A stretch of 64,000 bases of DNA, taken from NCBI GenBank assembly GCA_963681965.1, contig OY820579.1:4096001-4160000 (forward strand), written 5' to 3'. Source of the stretch: a bacterium (GTDB lineage Bacteria > Electryoneota > JAOADG01). Positions 48,720-58,150 of this stretch are shown here, piece after piece (the stretch's first letter is position 1; each line of letters opens with the position of its first letter). The notes beneath the pieces were generated by a model. The model saw nothing but the letters and a program-made list of their open reading frames with translations, did no database searches and had not been told where the DNA came from. A program made the position numbers and the translations under genes.

Positions 48720-50244
48720 CGGTCTTATCGTGCGCGGTGAATATTTCGATTCCGTCACGCTGATGATGGCGGCGAAGCGCGTCAATGAATTACCCGGTGT
48801 GATCGATAGTGCAATCGTGATGGGTACTGCCGAGAACAAAGCGATTTTAGCGGCATCGGGATTATTGATCGCGTCATTCGCAACGGCTACCGATGCCGAT
48901 TTGTTAATCGCGGCAAAAACCGACGATCCGGCTCGTGCCGAAACAATTCTTCCCGAAATCCGGGAATTATTGAAAACAATTCGGAAACGGGGAACATCCG
49001 GCAGCAAATCGTTACCGCGTACGCTCGATTCGGCAATCAAGCTATTACCGGATGCCAATCTCTGCATGATTTCGGTGGCGGGTCGTTTTGCCGGCGATGT
49101 CGCGATGAATGCATTGCAACACAATTTGCACGTGATGCTGTTCTCGGATAATGTCAGTGTCGAGCGGGAAATTGAATTGAAGCGCTTTGCGCGCGAACAC
49201 GGTTTGCTGCTGATGGGACCCGACTGCGGTACCGCGATTATCAACGGTGTTCCACTCGCGTTTGCGAATGTCGTTCAGCCGGGTGATATCGGTTGTGTCG
49301 CGGCAGCAGGAACGGGACTGCAGGAAGTCACGAGTCTCGTTTCGAATCTCGGCGGCGGTATCTCGCAAGCGATCGGCACCGGTGGTCGCGATGTCAAGCA
49401 AGCCGTCGGCGGAATTATGTTCCTCGAAACGATCCGCCTGCTGGCAGCAGATCCTGCCACAAAAGTCATCGTGCTGATTTCTAAACCGCCGCATCCCGAC
49501 GTTCTGAACAAGATTTTCGAACTTTGTATATCGATTACGAAACCGATTATCGCTTCGTTCCTCGGTGTCGATCCAGAAATCATTCGAGCTGCTGGTATGA
49601 TTCCGGCGCAATCCCTCGCCGCTGCCGCTCGTCGCGTAGTTGCATCGAGTAATCCGGAATTCGCTCCATCGGAATCGTCTGTGATCAATCCCAAAAAAGC
49701 ACCCGTCGAATTCACTGCGCAACAAAAATTTGTTCGTGGATTATTCAGTGGTGGCACTTTCTGTTACGAAGCGCAGTTGCTGTTGCACGATCTAACCGGT
49801 GCGATCTATTCGAATGCTCCAACTGGACGTTCGATCGCACTGGAAAATGTATTAGTAAGCCGCGAACACACGATCATCGATCTCGGTGAAGATGAATTCA
49901 CTGTCGGTCGACCGCACCCGATGATCGATTTTTCACTCCGCAACAAGCGGATTATTCAAGAAGCCGACGACCCTGAAACAGCGGTCATTCTGCTCGATCT
50001 GGTACTTGGCTATGGCGCGAACCGCGATCCACTTACCGACCTGCTACCGGCAATCCGGCAGGCGCAAGCCGTAGCAAAAGATCATTCTCGGAATTTACCC
50101 ATCGTCACTTCGGTGACGGGTACCGATAGCGATCCGCAGTGTCGTTCGACAGTGGTGGAAGGGCTCCGCAGCGCTGGAGTGATTGTTGCGGAATCGAATG
50201 CGGCAGCGTGCGAAATCGTAAAATCACTGCTCGGAATTCACTGA
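48709..50244 (+). CDS. fdrA: FdrA (AllF/YahF-like) succinyl-CoA-ligase-fold protein
   Basis: YFDSVTLM, MGTAENK, MLFSDNV, MGPDCGTAII, IGTGGRD, GLFSGGT, DLGEDEFTVGRPHPMID and LDLVLGYGA. Confidence 0.92.
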   Translation: MTTNGLIVRGEYFDSVTLMMAAKRVNELPGVIDSAIVMGTAENKAILAASGLLIASFATATDADLLIAAKTDDPARAETILPEIRELLKTIRKRGTSGSKSLPRTLDSAIKLLPDANLCMISVAGRFAGDVAMNALQHNLHVMLFSDNVSVEREIELKRFAREHGLLLMGPDCGTAIINGVPLAFANVVQPGDIGCVAAAGTGLQEVTSLVSNLGGGISQAIGTGGRDVKQAVGGIMFLETIRLLAADPATKVIVLISKPPHPDVLNKIFELCISITKPIIASFLGVDPEIIRAAGMIPAQSLAAAARRVVASSNPEFAPSESSVINPKKAPVEFTAQQKFVRGLFSGGTFCYEAQLLLHDLTGAIYSNAPTGRSIALENVLVSREHTIIDLGEDEFTVGRPHPMIDFSLRNKRIIQEADDPETAVILLDLVLGYGANRDPLTDLLPAIRQAQAVAKDHSRNLPIVTSVTGTDSDPQCRSTVVEGLRSAGVIVAESNAAACEIVKSLLGIH

Positions 50245-50286
50245 ATTGTTCCAAAGAAAATACATGTATCGAGGAAATAGCCAATC

Positions 50287-51690
50287 ATGAGCAATTTATT
50301 CGATCAAAAATTAAATGTGATTAATGTCGGTCTGGAATCGTTTAAGACGACACTCGATGAATCGGGAACGCCCGCAGTGCAGATGGATTGGCGTCCACCA
50401 CTGGCGGTGAGTACGGCTGCTCGCGATGCGATCACCGCTCATCGCACCGAAATCGACCAAGCGAATCGCGAGACGGTCGACCGCATCATCGCCGGAAAAC
50501 CATATTGGATTGGCTTGGGTCACGCGCTTGAATGTATCCCCGGCATGCACCCGAAATTGATTCTGCACGCCGGACCACCGATCACCTGGGAGCGGATGTG
50601 CGGACCGATGCGCGGCGCGATCATCGGCGCGTTGTTGTATGAAGGACTCGCCGCGGACGAAGTCACAGCCGAACAGATGGCGGCATCCGGCGAAATCGAA
50701 TACGCCCCGTGTCATGAACACGCCACAGTCGGTCCAATGGCGGGAATCGTGTCGGCGTCGATGCCGGTCTCGGTGGTGTTCAATGCCACGTTTGGCAATT
50801 ATGCCTACACCACACTGAATGAAGGTCTTGGTAAAGTATTGCGCTACGGTGCCTACAGCCCAGAAGTACTGACCCGCTTAAAGTGGATGGAACGCGTGTT
50901 GTTTCCGGTGCTGCAGGCTGCCGTCGCCCATGCCGAGAAAATCGATCTCAAAGCGATCATAGCCCAAGCGCTGCACATGGGCGATGAAGTGCACAACCGC
51001 AATCGCGCGGCGACCTCGCTGCTCTACCGTACATTGGCAACACATATCGTGCGTACTGCCGAGGATTACGAAACCGCTGCGAAAGTACTCGACTTCATCA
51101 ACGGTAACGATCATTTCTTCCTGAATCTTTCCATGGCATCCGGGAAAGCATGTCTCGATGCTGCGCGCGATATTCCCAATAGCAGCGTCGCCATCGTGAT
51201 GGCACGCAATGGTACCGACTTCGGGATCCAACTATCCGGCACGGGAAATCGCTGGTTCACCGGTCCTGCGCCGGTTCCCGATGCACTCTTCTTTCCCGGA
51301 TTCACGAAAGCCGATGCCAATCCCGACATCGGCGACAGCGCTATCACCGAAACGTATGGTCTCGGCGGTTTCGCGATCGCAGCATCACCCGCGATCGTGC
51401 AATTCGTCGGCGGTCAAGCCAGCGACGCGCTGCAATACACTTTGAAGATGTACGACATCACGACAGCGGAGAATCCCGGATTCCAAATTCCCGCGCTCGA
51501 TTTCCGCGGTACGCCGATCGGGATCGATGTCCGTAAAGTTGTCGATACCGGCATTCTCCCGTTTATCGATACGGGCGTCGCACACAAAAAACCCGGCATC
51601 GGTCAAGTTGGAGCAGGAGTGTTATCAGCACCGCCGGAACCGTTTATCAACGCCTTTGAAGGTTTTTCCGAACAATACCGAAACGCATAA
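50287..51690 (+). CDS. DUF1116 (YlbE/AllG/YahG-like) protein
   Basis: LHAGPPI, PCHEH..VGPMAG, MGDEVHNRN, NDHFFLN, ARNG, PDIGDSAITE and GQVGAG. Confidence 0.92.
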   Translation: MSNLFDQKLNVINVGLESFKTTLDESGTPAVQMDWRPPLAVSTAARDAITAHRTEIDQANRETVDRIIAGKPYWIGLGHALECIPGMHPKLILHAGPPITWERMCGPMRGAIIGALLYEGLAADEVTAEQMAASGEIEYAPCHEHATVGPMAGIVSASMPVSVVFNATFGNYAYTTLNEGLGKVLRYGAYSPEVLTRLKWMERVLFPVLQAAVAHAEKIDLKAIIAQALHMGDEVHNRNRAATSLLYRTLATHIVRTAEDYETAAKVLDFINGNDHFFLNLSMASGKACLDAARDIPNSSVAIVMARNGTDFGIQLSGTGNRWFTGPAPVPDALFFPGFTKADANPDIGDSAITETYGLGGFAIAASPAIVQFVGGQASDALQYTLKMYDITTAENPGFQIPALDFRGTPIGIDVRKVVDTGILPFIDTGVAHKKPGIGQVGAGVLSAPPEPFINAFEGFSEQYRNA

Positions 51691-51728
51691 CGAACGAATA
51701 CAATCAATCGAAAATGAAGGAGCAGAGC

Positions 51729-52541
51729 ATGAAGACTGAAGAATTTCTGGCATTCATGGGCAAATTGAAGCTCTACGATTTAACCCAGCGACTTTCGATC
51801 CACACCCCCCCGTGGCCGAGTTACATGCCGCTCGGGATCCAGTATTTCAAGCGCATCGCTGGCGCACACATGGGTCAGGGCGCCAATGGTCAAATCATCA
51901 CGACCAGCAATCATGTCGGTACCCATATCGATGGCGAGATTCATTTTCACGCGAGCGGTCGTGCGATCGGTCAGGTTCCGATGACGGAGTGGGTTGGTGA
52001 TGGCGTGATTGTCGATATTTCTAAAGAGGTCGAGGATTACGGTCTCTATTCGCCGGATTTATTGATGAGCAAAGCCGAAATCAAGAAGGGCGACATTCTG
52101 ATCATCAATACCGGCTATCACAAGTATGCCTGGGATCAACCCGGTTCCGACGAAATCCGCTACTTCGTGAAGCATCCCGGACCCGATCCGGAATTTCACA
52201 AGTGGGCGCTAAAAATGAAATTCAAGTGGATCGGCGTCGATTGCGGCAGCGCCGACCATCCGATGAACACAATCATTCGCAACTGGCATCCGAAACCGTT
52301 CATCGAAGCCGAGAAGAAATTGAAGAAGCAGTACGGCAAGGATTGGGATGAATTCTTCCCACCGGAAATTTATTATCAGGTAATGCACCTAAAATTGTTC
52401 CCGAAGAAATTGGTGCATGCCGAAAATCTCGGTGGTGAAATCGACAAACTCTCCAACAAACGCGCGTGGATCGGTCTGTTCCCGTTGCGCGGTATCGAGC
52501 TGGAATCGTCGATGTGCCGGATTGTCGCAATGCTTCCCTGA
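51729..52541 (+). CDS. Cyclase-family metal-dependent amidohydrolase (kynurenine formamidase/isatin hydrolase fold)
   Basis: YDLTQ, metal motif HVGTHIDGEIHF, KKGDILIINTG, GVDCGSADHP and HAENL. Confidence 0.88.
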   Translation: MKTEEFLAFMGKLKLYDLTQRLSIHTPPWPSYMPLGIQYFKRIAGAHMGQGANGQIITTSNHVGTHIDGEIHFHASGRAIGQVPMTEWVGDGVIVDISKEVEDYGLYSPDLLMSKAEIKKGDILIINTGYHKYAWDQPGSDEIRYFVKHPGPDPEFHKWALKMKFKWIGVDCGSADHPMNTIIRNWHPKPFIEAEKKLKKQYGKDWDEFFPPEIYYQVMHLKLFPKKLVHAENLGGEIDKLSNKRAWIGLFPLRGIELESSMCRIVAMLP

Positions 52542-52611
52542 TCGGTGTTGGGGATTGGTGCTTGGTGCGAGGAAAAGAAGTCGGGTGCATTGAGGATGAA
52601 CTACTTTTTTG

Positions 52612-52708
52612 GTAGGGGCGGTTCGCGAACCGCCTGTATCTAGTGGATAATTACTTGCGAAATTTTGCAGGCTCTTTCGGCAGAAGGGGCGGACCCCCGT
52701 GTCCGCCC
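52612..52708. repeat. Two REP palindromes within the catabolic cluster
   Basis: GTAGGGGCGGTTCGCGAACCGCC at 52612 and GAAGGGGCGGACCCCCGTGTCCGCCC at 52683. Confidence 0.8.
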
Positions 52709-52831
52709 GCAGATATTTTTTACTAGTACCGGTACTCTTGTCTGTACACGTTGTGCAGCGCCGATCATAGCATCCTGACAATAATAGATTTATTACAGTT
52801 TGACCGATACAAGCGTTAATGAGGAGTCGTC

Positions 52832-53719
52832 ATGGCGATCCTGCATGAATTCGACTACCACCGCCCGGAAACGGTGTCGGCGGCAGTCAAACTACTGACC
52901 AAATTCAAACATCCGATGTTGCTGGCAGGCGGCACCGATCTGATCAATGAATTGAAAGCGGAAGTCATCCACCCGGATGGAGTCATCGATCTCAAAGCAA
53001 TTCCCGAACTGCACGACATTACATTTTCGAATGGCGTCTTGACAATCGGTGCGGCTGTGACTTTTGCCGAATTGATCGAATCGCGGATCATTCAAACGAA
53101 ATTCCCGGTGATTGCGGAAGTCGCGCGAACCGTCGGTTCCACCGGTGTTCGCAATCGCGCCACCATGATCGGGAATATCTGTTCCGCCGTTCCCTGTGCC
53201 GACAGCGCCCCGTTGCTCACCGCCTATGAAGCGCACGTGTTGGTGCGCAGCCTCCGATCGAAACGAAAAATTCCGATCGCCTCGTGGTTCATCGGCAATC
53301 GCAAAACCGCCATCAAACCGGGTGAGATCGTTACTGCGGTGGAAATCGCATTGCCTGCCCGCAATCATGCCGGTTGCTTTGTGAAGTTGGGTCGCTACTC
53401 CGGTGAAGATCTGGCGCAAGCGAGTGTGATTATACTCGCGCTACCGAAACGCCAATATCGCATCGCGTTTGGTTCGGTCGGGATTACGCCAATTCGCGCC
53501 GAGCGGCTGGAAAAGCTGTTGAACGGGCATCTTCCATCGGACGAGCGTATTGCTGAAGCCAAAGCCATCATTCCGGAAATTGTCAAACCGATCTCCGATA
53601 TCCGTGCCTCGAAAGAGTACCGGTTACATATGTGTCAGGTAATGTTTGCGCGCGGAATCGAAGCCGCCGTCGCACGCCTGAATGGTAACGGTTCCGAATA
53701 CGGTTCGAAGTTGATCTAG
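52832..53719 (+). CDS. Xanthine dehydrogenase-family FAD-binding (medium) subunit
   Basis: FDYHRP, LAGGTDL, VRNRATMIGNI and PISDIRAS.EYR. Confidence 0.94.
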   Translation: MAILHEFDYHRPETVSAAVKLLTKFKHPMLLAGGTDLINELKAEVIHPDGVIDLKAIPELHDITFSNGVLTIGAAVTFAELIESRIIQTKFPVIAEVARTVGSTGVRNRATMIGNICSAVPCADSAPLLTAYEAHVLVRSLRSKRKIPIASWFIGNRKTAIKPGEIVTAVEIALPARNHAGCFVKLGRYSGEDLAQASVIILALPKRQYRIAFGSVGITPIRAERLEKLLNGHLPSDERIAEAKAIIPEIVKPISDIRASKEYRLHMCQVMFARGIEAAVARLNGNGSEYGSKLI

Positions 53720-53733
53720 GAGAGCGTGTCGCC

Positions 53734-54243
53734 ATGAACAATAAAACAGCATTTATCCTGAATGGTCAATCCGTGGAAATCGCGGTGGAACCGCATGAAA
53801 TCCTACTCGACGTGTTGCGCTACAAGCTCGGTGTGAAAAGTCCGAAATGCGGCTGCGATCGCGGCGATTGCGGGTCGTGTACCGTCATGATCGACGGTCG
53901 CACCGTCCGCAGTTGCATGGTGCTTGCGATCGAAATTGCCGGGCAGCGTGTCACGACCCTCGAAGGCTTGATGGCAGGCGGCGAGCTGACCAATCTGCAA
54001 CAGGCATTCCTGAAACATAATTCGTTTCAGTGTGGCTACTGCGCACCCGGAATGATTCTCTCCGCGACCGAATTGCTTGCGAAAAATCCTCATCCCGACA
54101 AGACCGAAATCAATCAAGCGATCGCGGGTAACCTCTGTCGCTGTACCGGATATCATCCGATCACCGATGCAATCGTCGAAGTCGCGAACGAAGCACCTCC
54201 GCCACCGAAAATTGCCAAAGCTGCGAAAGGAGGTCGGCGATGA
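53734..54243 (+). CDS. Xanthine dehydrogenase-family 2x[2Fe-2S] (small) subunit
   Basis: GCDRGDCGSCTV...SC, QCGYCAPG and GNLCRCTGY. Confidence 0.95.
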   Translation: MNNKTAFILNGQSVEIAVEPHEILLDVLRYKLGVKSPKCGCDRGDCGSCTVMIDGRTVRSCMVLAIEIAGQRVTTLEGLMAGGELTNLQQAFLKHNSFQCGYCAPGMILSATELLAKNPHPDKTEINQAIAGNLCRCTGYHPITDAIVEVANEAPPPPKIAKAAKGGRR

Positions 54244-56585
54244 GTGAACTCAATTTTGTCGGTCACGATGCCATTCGAGTGGATGGAAAAGTCAAAGTCA
54301 CCGGTGCCGCACAATTCGTCGACGATCTCGAATTCGGTCCCGGATTGTTGTTTGCCGAAATCATCGAGAGTCCCCACGCACATGCATTGATCAAAAAAAT
54401 CGATACCCGTGCGGCGGAAAAAGTGCCGGGTGTCGTGAAGATCGTCACTGGCGCCAATTTTCCGTATCGCTTCGGGTTGTATATGCACGACCGGTATATC
54501 TTTGCGCAGGATCGTGTCCGGTTCGTCGGCGAGCAAGTCGCCGCAGTGATCGCGCGCGATGTCGTGACGGCGAAGCGCGCCGCGAAACTGGTGAAAGTGA
54601 CCTATCGGGAACTCCCGCCGATCCTCGATGTCGCAACCGCAATGTCGCCTGATGCCTTGTTGATCCATCCCGAATTGAAAGGATACCACCACGTCCCGTG
54701 GTTCTTCCCGCAAGCGGACAGCAATATTGCGCACTGGCGCAAAGTCCGGAAAGGGGATACCGACGCAGGGATGCGCGAAGCCGATTTTATCTTCGAAGAT
54801 ACTTACACCGTTCCACGATATGCGCATTGCGCCATCGAGACTCATGGTGCCGTCGGACAATTCGATTTGTCGGGACGATTGACTGTCTGGTCGGCATCTC
54901 AATCGCCGTTCACTCAGCGCAATCTCTTTGCCGAAGCGCTTGCACCGTTGGGCATTACGCATAGCGATGTGCGGGTAATCGCACCGTATGTTGGTGGTGG
55001 ATTTGGCGGTAAAGCCGGAGTGTCGATGGAGATTCTCGCGGCAGCATTGGCAACTGCCGTACAGGGAAATCCGGTGAAAGTGCTCTGGTCGCGCGAACAG
55101 GAATTTTACAACACCTATCAGCGGCAAGGGGTGACGGCGAAAACCAAAATCGGTGTGAAGCGCGACGGTACGATCACTGCGCTGGAACAGACGTTGTATT
55201 GGGATGCCGGCGCGTATGTCGAATATGGCGCGAATGTCGTGAATGCCGCCGGTCTCTCTGCTACCGGACCATACCGCATTCCGCATGTCAAAATCGATTC
55301 GTATTGCGTCTATACCAATCTCCCGCCGGGTGGTCCGTACCGCGGCTTCGGCTATTCCGAATTCCTGTTCGGTCTCGAATCGCACATCAACGAAACCGCG
55401 AAAGCGCTCGGCATCGATCCAGTCGAGTTCCGGCGGATCAACGCGATTCAGGCGGGCGACACGCTAACCTACGGTGCGAAAATGAATCCAAGCGGGATGA
55501 AAGAGTGTATCGATAAAGCGGCAGCAGCAATCGAATGGGGCACGCCATCGCTTCCATCCGACAACCCGAATATCTTGAAAGGGAAAGGCTTCGCCTGCTT
55601 CTGGAAAGCACCGGCAATGCCGCCGAATGCGGCTTCGACCGCATTCATCAAATTCAATGAAGATGCCAGTCTGAATATTCTGGTATCTGCGATGGAGATC
55701 GGACAAGGCTTCCTGACAGTGATGGCGCAAATTGCCGCGGAGGTTTTAACAATTCCGGTCGAAAAGATTCGCGTTGAATTGCCGGACACCGATCGCAATC
55801 CGTACGAATGGCAAACCGTCGCCTCGCATATCACGTGGGGTACCGGCAATGCCGTCAAGAAGGCGGCGGAGGATTGCCGTGAGCAAATCTTTGCCGTGGT
55901 CGAACGCGCACTCGGCAAGTCGCACGAGGATTTATTTCTCGTGAATGAGGAAGTACATTCTCACAAAGATCTGGAATTCATCCTTCCGTTACGGAATTTC
56001 GTGATCAACGGGATCATGATGCCTGACGGCACCTTTCGCGGCGGTCCGATCATGGGACGTGGCACCTTCATGCCGGAATTTGCCTCGGCGCAATCCGATC
56101 CCGAGACCAGTCAAGGCAGCAAACCGAATGTTCATTACACCGTCGGTGCTGCTGCCGTTGAAGTCGAAATCGATCGTGAAAGCGGGAGTGTCCGCATTCC
56201 CCGGGTCGCGCTCGCAGTCGATGTCGGCAAGGCGATCAATCCCGGTCTGGTGAAGGATCAGGTGATCGGTGGATTAATGCAGGGGATCGCGACGGTGCTC
56301 TATGAAGACATGCGGTTCGATGCAAAGGGACGAATGCTGAACGACAACTTCACCGACTATAAAATTCCGACGGCACTCGATGTTCCCGACGAAGTGATTC
56401 CGATTATCGTCGAAGTCGCGCAACCGGACGGTCCCTATGGCGCTCGCGGGATGGGTGAACATACGATGATTCCAGCCGCGCCGATGATTGCGAATGCGAT
56501 CGAGAATGCGACCGGTATTCGAATCAAAGCGATGCCGATCACTGCCGAAAAAATCGCACTGGCAATCAAGAATCGCGGAGCGTAA
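54240..56585 (+). CDS. Xanthine dehydrogenase-family molybdopterin-binding (large) subunit
   Basis: KVTGAAQFVDD, GGGFGGK, YRGFG, EIGQG, DYKIPT and GARGMGE (catalytic Glu). Confidence 0.95.
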   Translation: MSELNFVGHDAIRVDGKVKVTGAAQFVDDLEFGPGLLFAEIIESPHAHALIKKIDTRAAEKVPGVVKIVTGANFPYRFGLYMHDRYIFAQDRVRFVGEQVAAVIARDVVTAKRAAKLVKVTYRELPPILDVATAMSPDALLIHPELKGYHHVPWFFPQADSNIAHWRKVRKGDTDAGMREADFIFEDTYTVPRYAHCAIETHGAVGQFDLSGRLTVWSASQSPFTQRNLFAEALAPLGITHSDVRVIAPYVGGGFGGKAGVSMEILAAALATAVQGNPVKVLWSREQEFYNTYQRQGVTAKTKIGVKRDGTITALEQTLYWDAGAYVEYGANVVNAAGLSATGPYRIPHVKIDSYCVYTNLPPGGPYRGFGYSEFLFGLESHINETAKALGIDPVEFRRINAIQAGDTLTYGAKMNPSGMKECIDKAAAAIEWGTPSLPSDNPNILKGKGFACFWKAPAMPPNAASTAFIKFNEDASLNILVSAMEIGQGFLTVMAQIAAEVLTIPVEKIRVELPDTDRNPYEWQTVASHITWGTGNAVKKAAEDCREQIFAVVERALGKSHEDLFLVNEEVHSHKDLEFILPLRNFVINGIMMPDGTFRGGPIMGRGTFMPEFASAQSDPETSQGSKPNVHYTVGAAAVEVEIDRESGSVRIPRVALAVDVGKAINPGLVKDQVIGGLMQGIATVLYEDMRFDAKGRMLNDNFTDYKIPTALDVPDEVIPIIVEVAQPDGPYGARGMGEHTMIPAAPMIANAIENATGIRIKAMPITAEKIALAIKNRGA

Positions 56586-56626
56586 CAAATCATTTATCGG
56601 TGAATATCGTATCAATGAAACGTTTG

Positions 56627-56650
56627 AAACCCGCCTTATTGGCGGGTTTT
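56627..56650. terminator. Terminator after the molybdoenzyme genes
   Basis: aaacccgcc-ttatt-ggcgggtttt between convergent genes. Confidence 0.75.
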
Positions 56651-56695
56651 GGCGTTATACACAGTTTTGAATGGATGGCGATTCGAATCTTCTGT

Positions 56696-57841
56696 TTATT
56701 CACCCAACAGTCGTTCGTACAGTGCAAACAGCTTTTCCTCTTCCGGTTCCCAACGAATATTCTTGCGCACCCATTCCCGAGCAGCCGCTCCTGCTCGCAC
56801 GCGCTCCCGTTCGTCCGACAGCACGGCAGCGATCGTATCGGCAATCGCAGTGGCATCTTCGGGAATGTAATAGACGCCGGGCAGATCGTTCGGCAGCACG
56901 TCCGCCAACGCTGCCAGTTTCGTGGTAATCACCGGTACGCCCCAACCGAGGTAGTAGAAGATTTTTTGCGGAATATTGAACCGGTAGCGATCAACCATCG
57001 TCGGCATCACTGCCAATTTCGCCATTGCCATTAAATCGTAATTCTCGTCGAGTGAAACATAACCGCGATGCTCGACCAATTCTTCGATACCGCGCGAAAT
57101 CAACGCTCGATCCCAGGGCAACAATTCCGGATCGGTCGGCGGTGTGCCGGTAAAAATCATTCGTGTCGGTCTACCGCGATCCTTTAACATTTTCAGAGCA
57201 TCGAGGATCAATGTCCCGCCGCGATCTTGTGTCAAAATACCGCCGTAATGCAGTTCCGGATGATTGCTCGGACGTTCCGGAATCGCGCGGTCCAATTCGA
57301 ATTGAAAGGGGAAATTCAACAACGGCTGTACCGGTTTGATCCGTTTATCGAGATAATAGCGTGCCGTCGGATTGTCGCTTGTCAACGTTGCATCGACTTG
57401 GTGCACCAGAAACGGAATGATATCGTTGGAAAACCACTGAAAGAATGGTTGCTTGAAGGTGCCCTGAGCATAATCGGCATATCGCGCGGCATCCGGATAG
57501 AATTCGTACGAATCGAAGATCGATGCGACATGTCGACGTTTGGCAATTTCAATCAAGATCGGCAATTGTTCGGGTGAATTGATCTGAATCGCGTCGGGCG
57601 GATCTGCCAGCATTTTGCGGCGATAAATTTTCATTCGCTCGTAACGTTCGCGAAACGATTGTCCCCCGGGATACCCGAAGATCTCGATTCCATCGACAAT
57701 TTTGTGATCGAATTTCGCGCGCGCGTGGATCTCGACCCGGTATTTTTTGGCGAGAGAGCGCGCAATACGCCACATCCGGACGTAATCCCACTGCGTGATG
57801 GTCGCTAGATGTACAATTCGTTTCATTGGAATAGTGATCAA
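56696..57841 (-). CDS. Glycosyltransferase, GT-B fold (family 4-like)
   Basis: LHYGGILTQDRG, HRGYVS, PQKIFYYLGWGVPVI (variant of P.K.FEY) and W..EEEKL..LY. Confidence 0.8.
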   Translation of the reverse strand: MITIPMKRIVHLATITQWDYVRMWRIARSLAKKYRVEIHARAKFDHKIVDGIEIFGYPGGQSFRERYERMKIYRRKMLADPPDAIQINSPEQLPILIEIAKRRHVASIFDSYEFYPDAARYADYAQGTFKQPFFQWFSNDIIPFLVHQVDATLTSDNPTARYYLDKRIKPVQPLLNFPFQFELDRAIPERPSNHPELHYGGILTQDRGGTLILDALKMLKDRGRPTRMIFTGTPPTDPELLPWDRALISRGIEELVEHRGYVSLDENYDLMAMAKLAVMPTMVDRYRFNIPQKIFYYLGWGVPVITTKLAALADVLPNDLPGVYYIPEDATAIADTIAAVLSDERERVRAGAAAREWVRKNIRWEPEEEKLFALYERLLGE

Positions 57842-58003
57842 ATTCGTCGAGTACTGAAATAAACGCTTCTGTTTAGCGGTCGGAACGAAATCACGACCGA
57901 ACTAGACAGCTTATATAATACAGGGAACGTGAAAATATCGTGAATAATCGCGATTAATGCAACCGAAATTTTTCCGACCATTTCTGGTATTCTTTATCTT
58001 GAA

Positions 58004-58102
58004 GTAGGAACTGGTCCCAGCATCCGCCCGTTTATTTTCAGTTGTAGCCTCAGGCTTTAGACTGCGAGCATCTTCTCATGGTAGGTCGGAATTTATTCCG
58101 AC
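58004..58102. repeat. REP mosaic
   Basis: Degenerate family-A REP at 58004, GTAGCCTCAGGCTTTAGACTGCG at 58044 and GTAGGTCGGAATTTATTCCGAC at 58081. Confidence 0.8.
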
Positions 58103-58150
58103 TTCTCTAGAATTTCTTGAAATCATTCGACTATTACTTCATAATATGAA

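Noticed and set aside
54153-55385. 410-aa antisense ORF, and similar ones at 46077-47222, 31999-32862, 33049-33753 and 26591-27238
   Set aside because: They are shadows of well-supported genes on the opposite strand, lack motifs, and are expected from the codon bias.
52832-56585. Calling the molybdoenzyme xdhABC or aerobic CO dehydrogenase
   Set aside because: The CoxL AYxCSFR motif is absent (it reads PYRGFG), and the substrate cannot be determined from family motifs, so no gene symbol is given.
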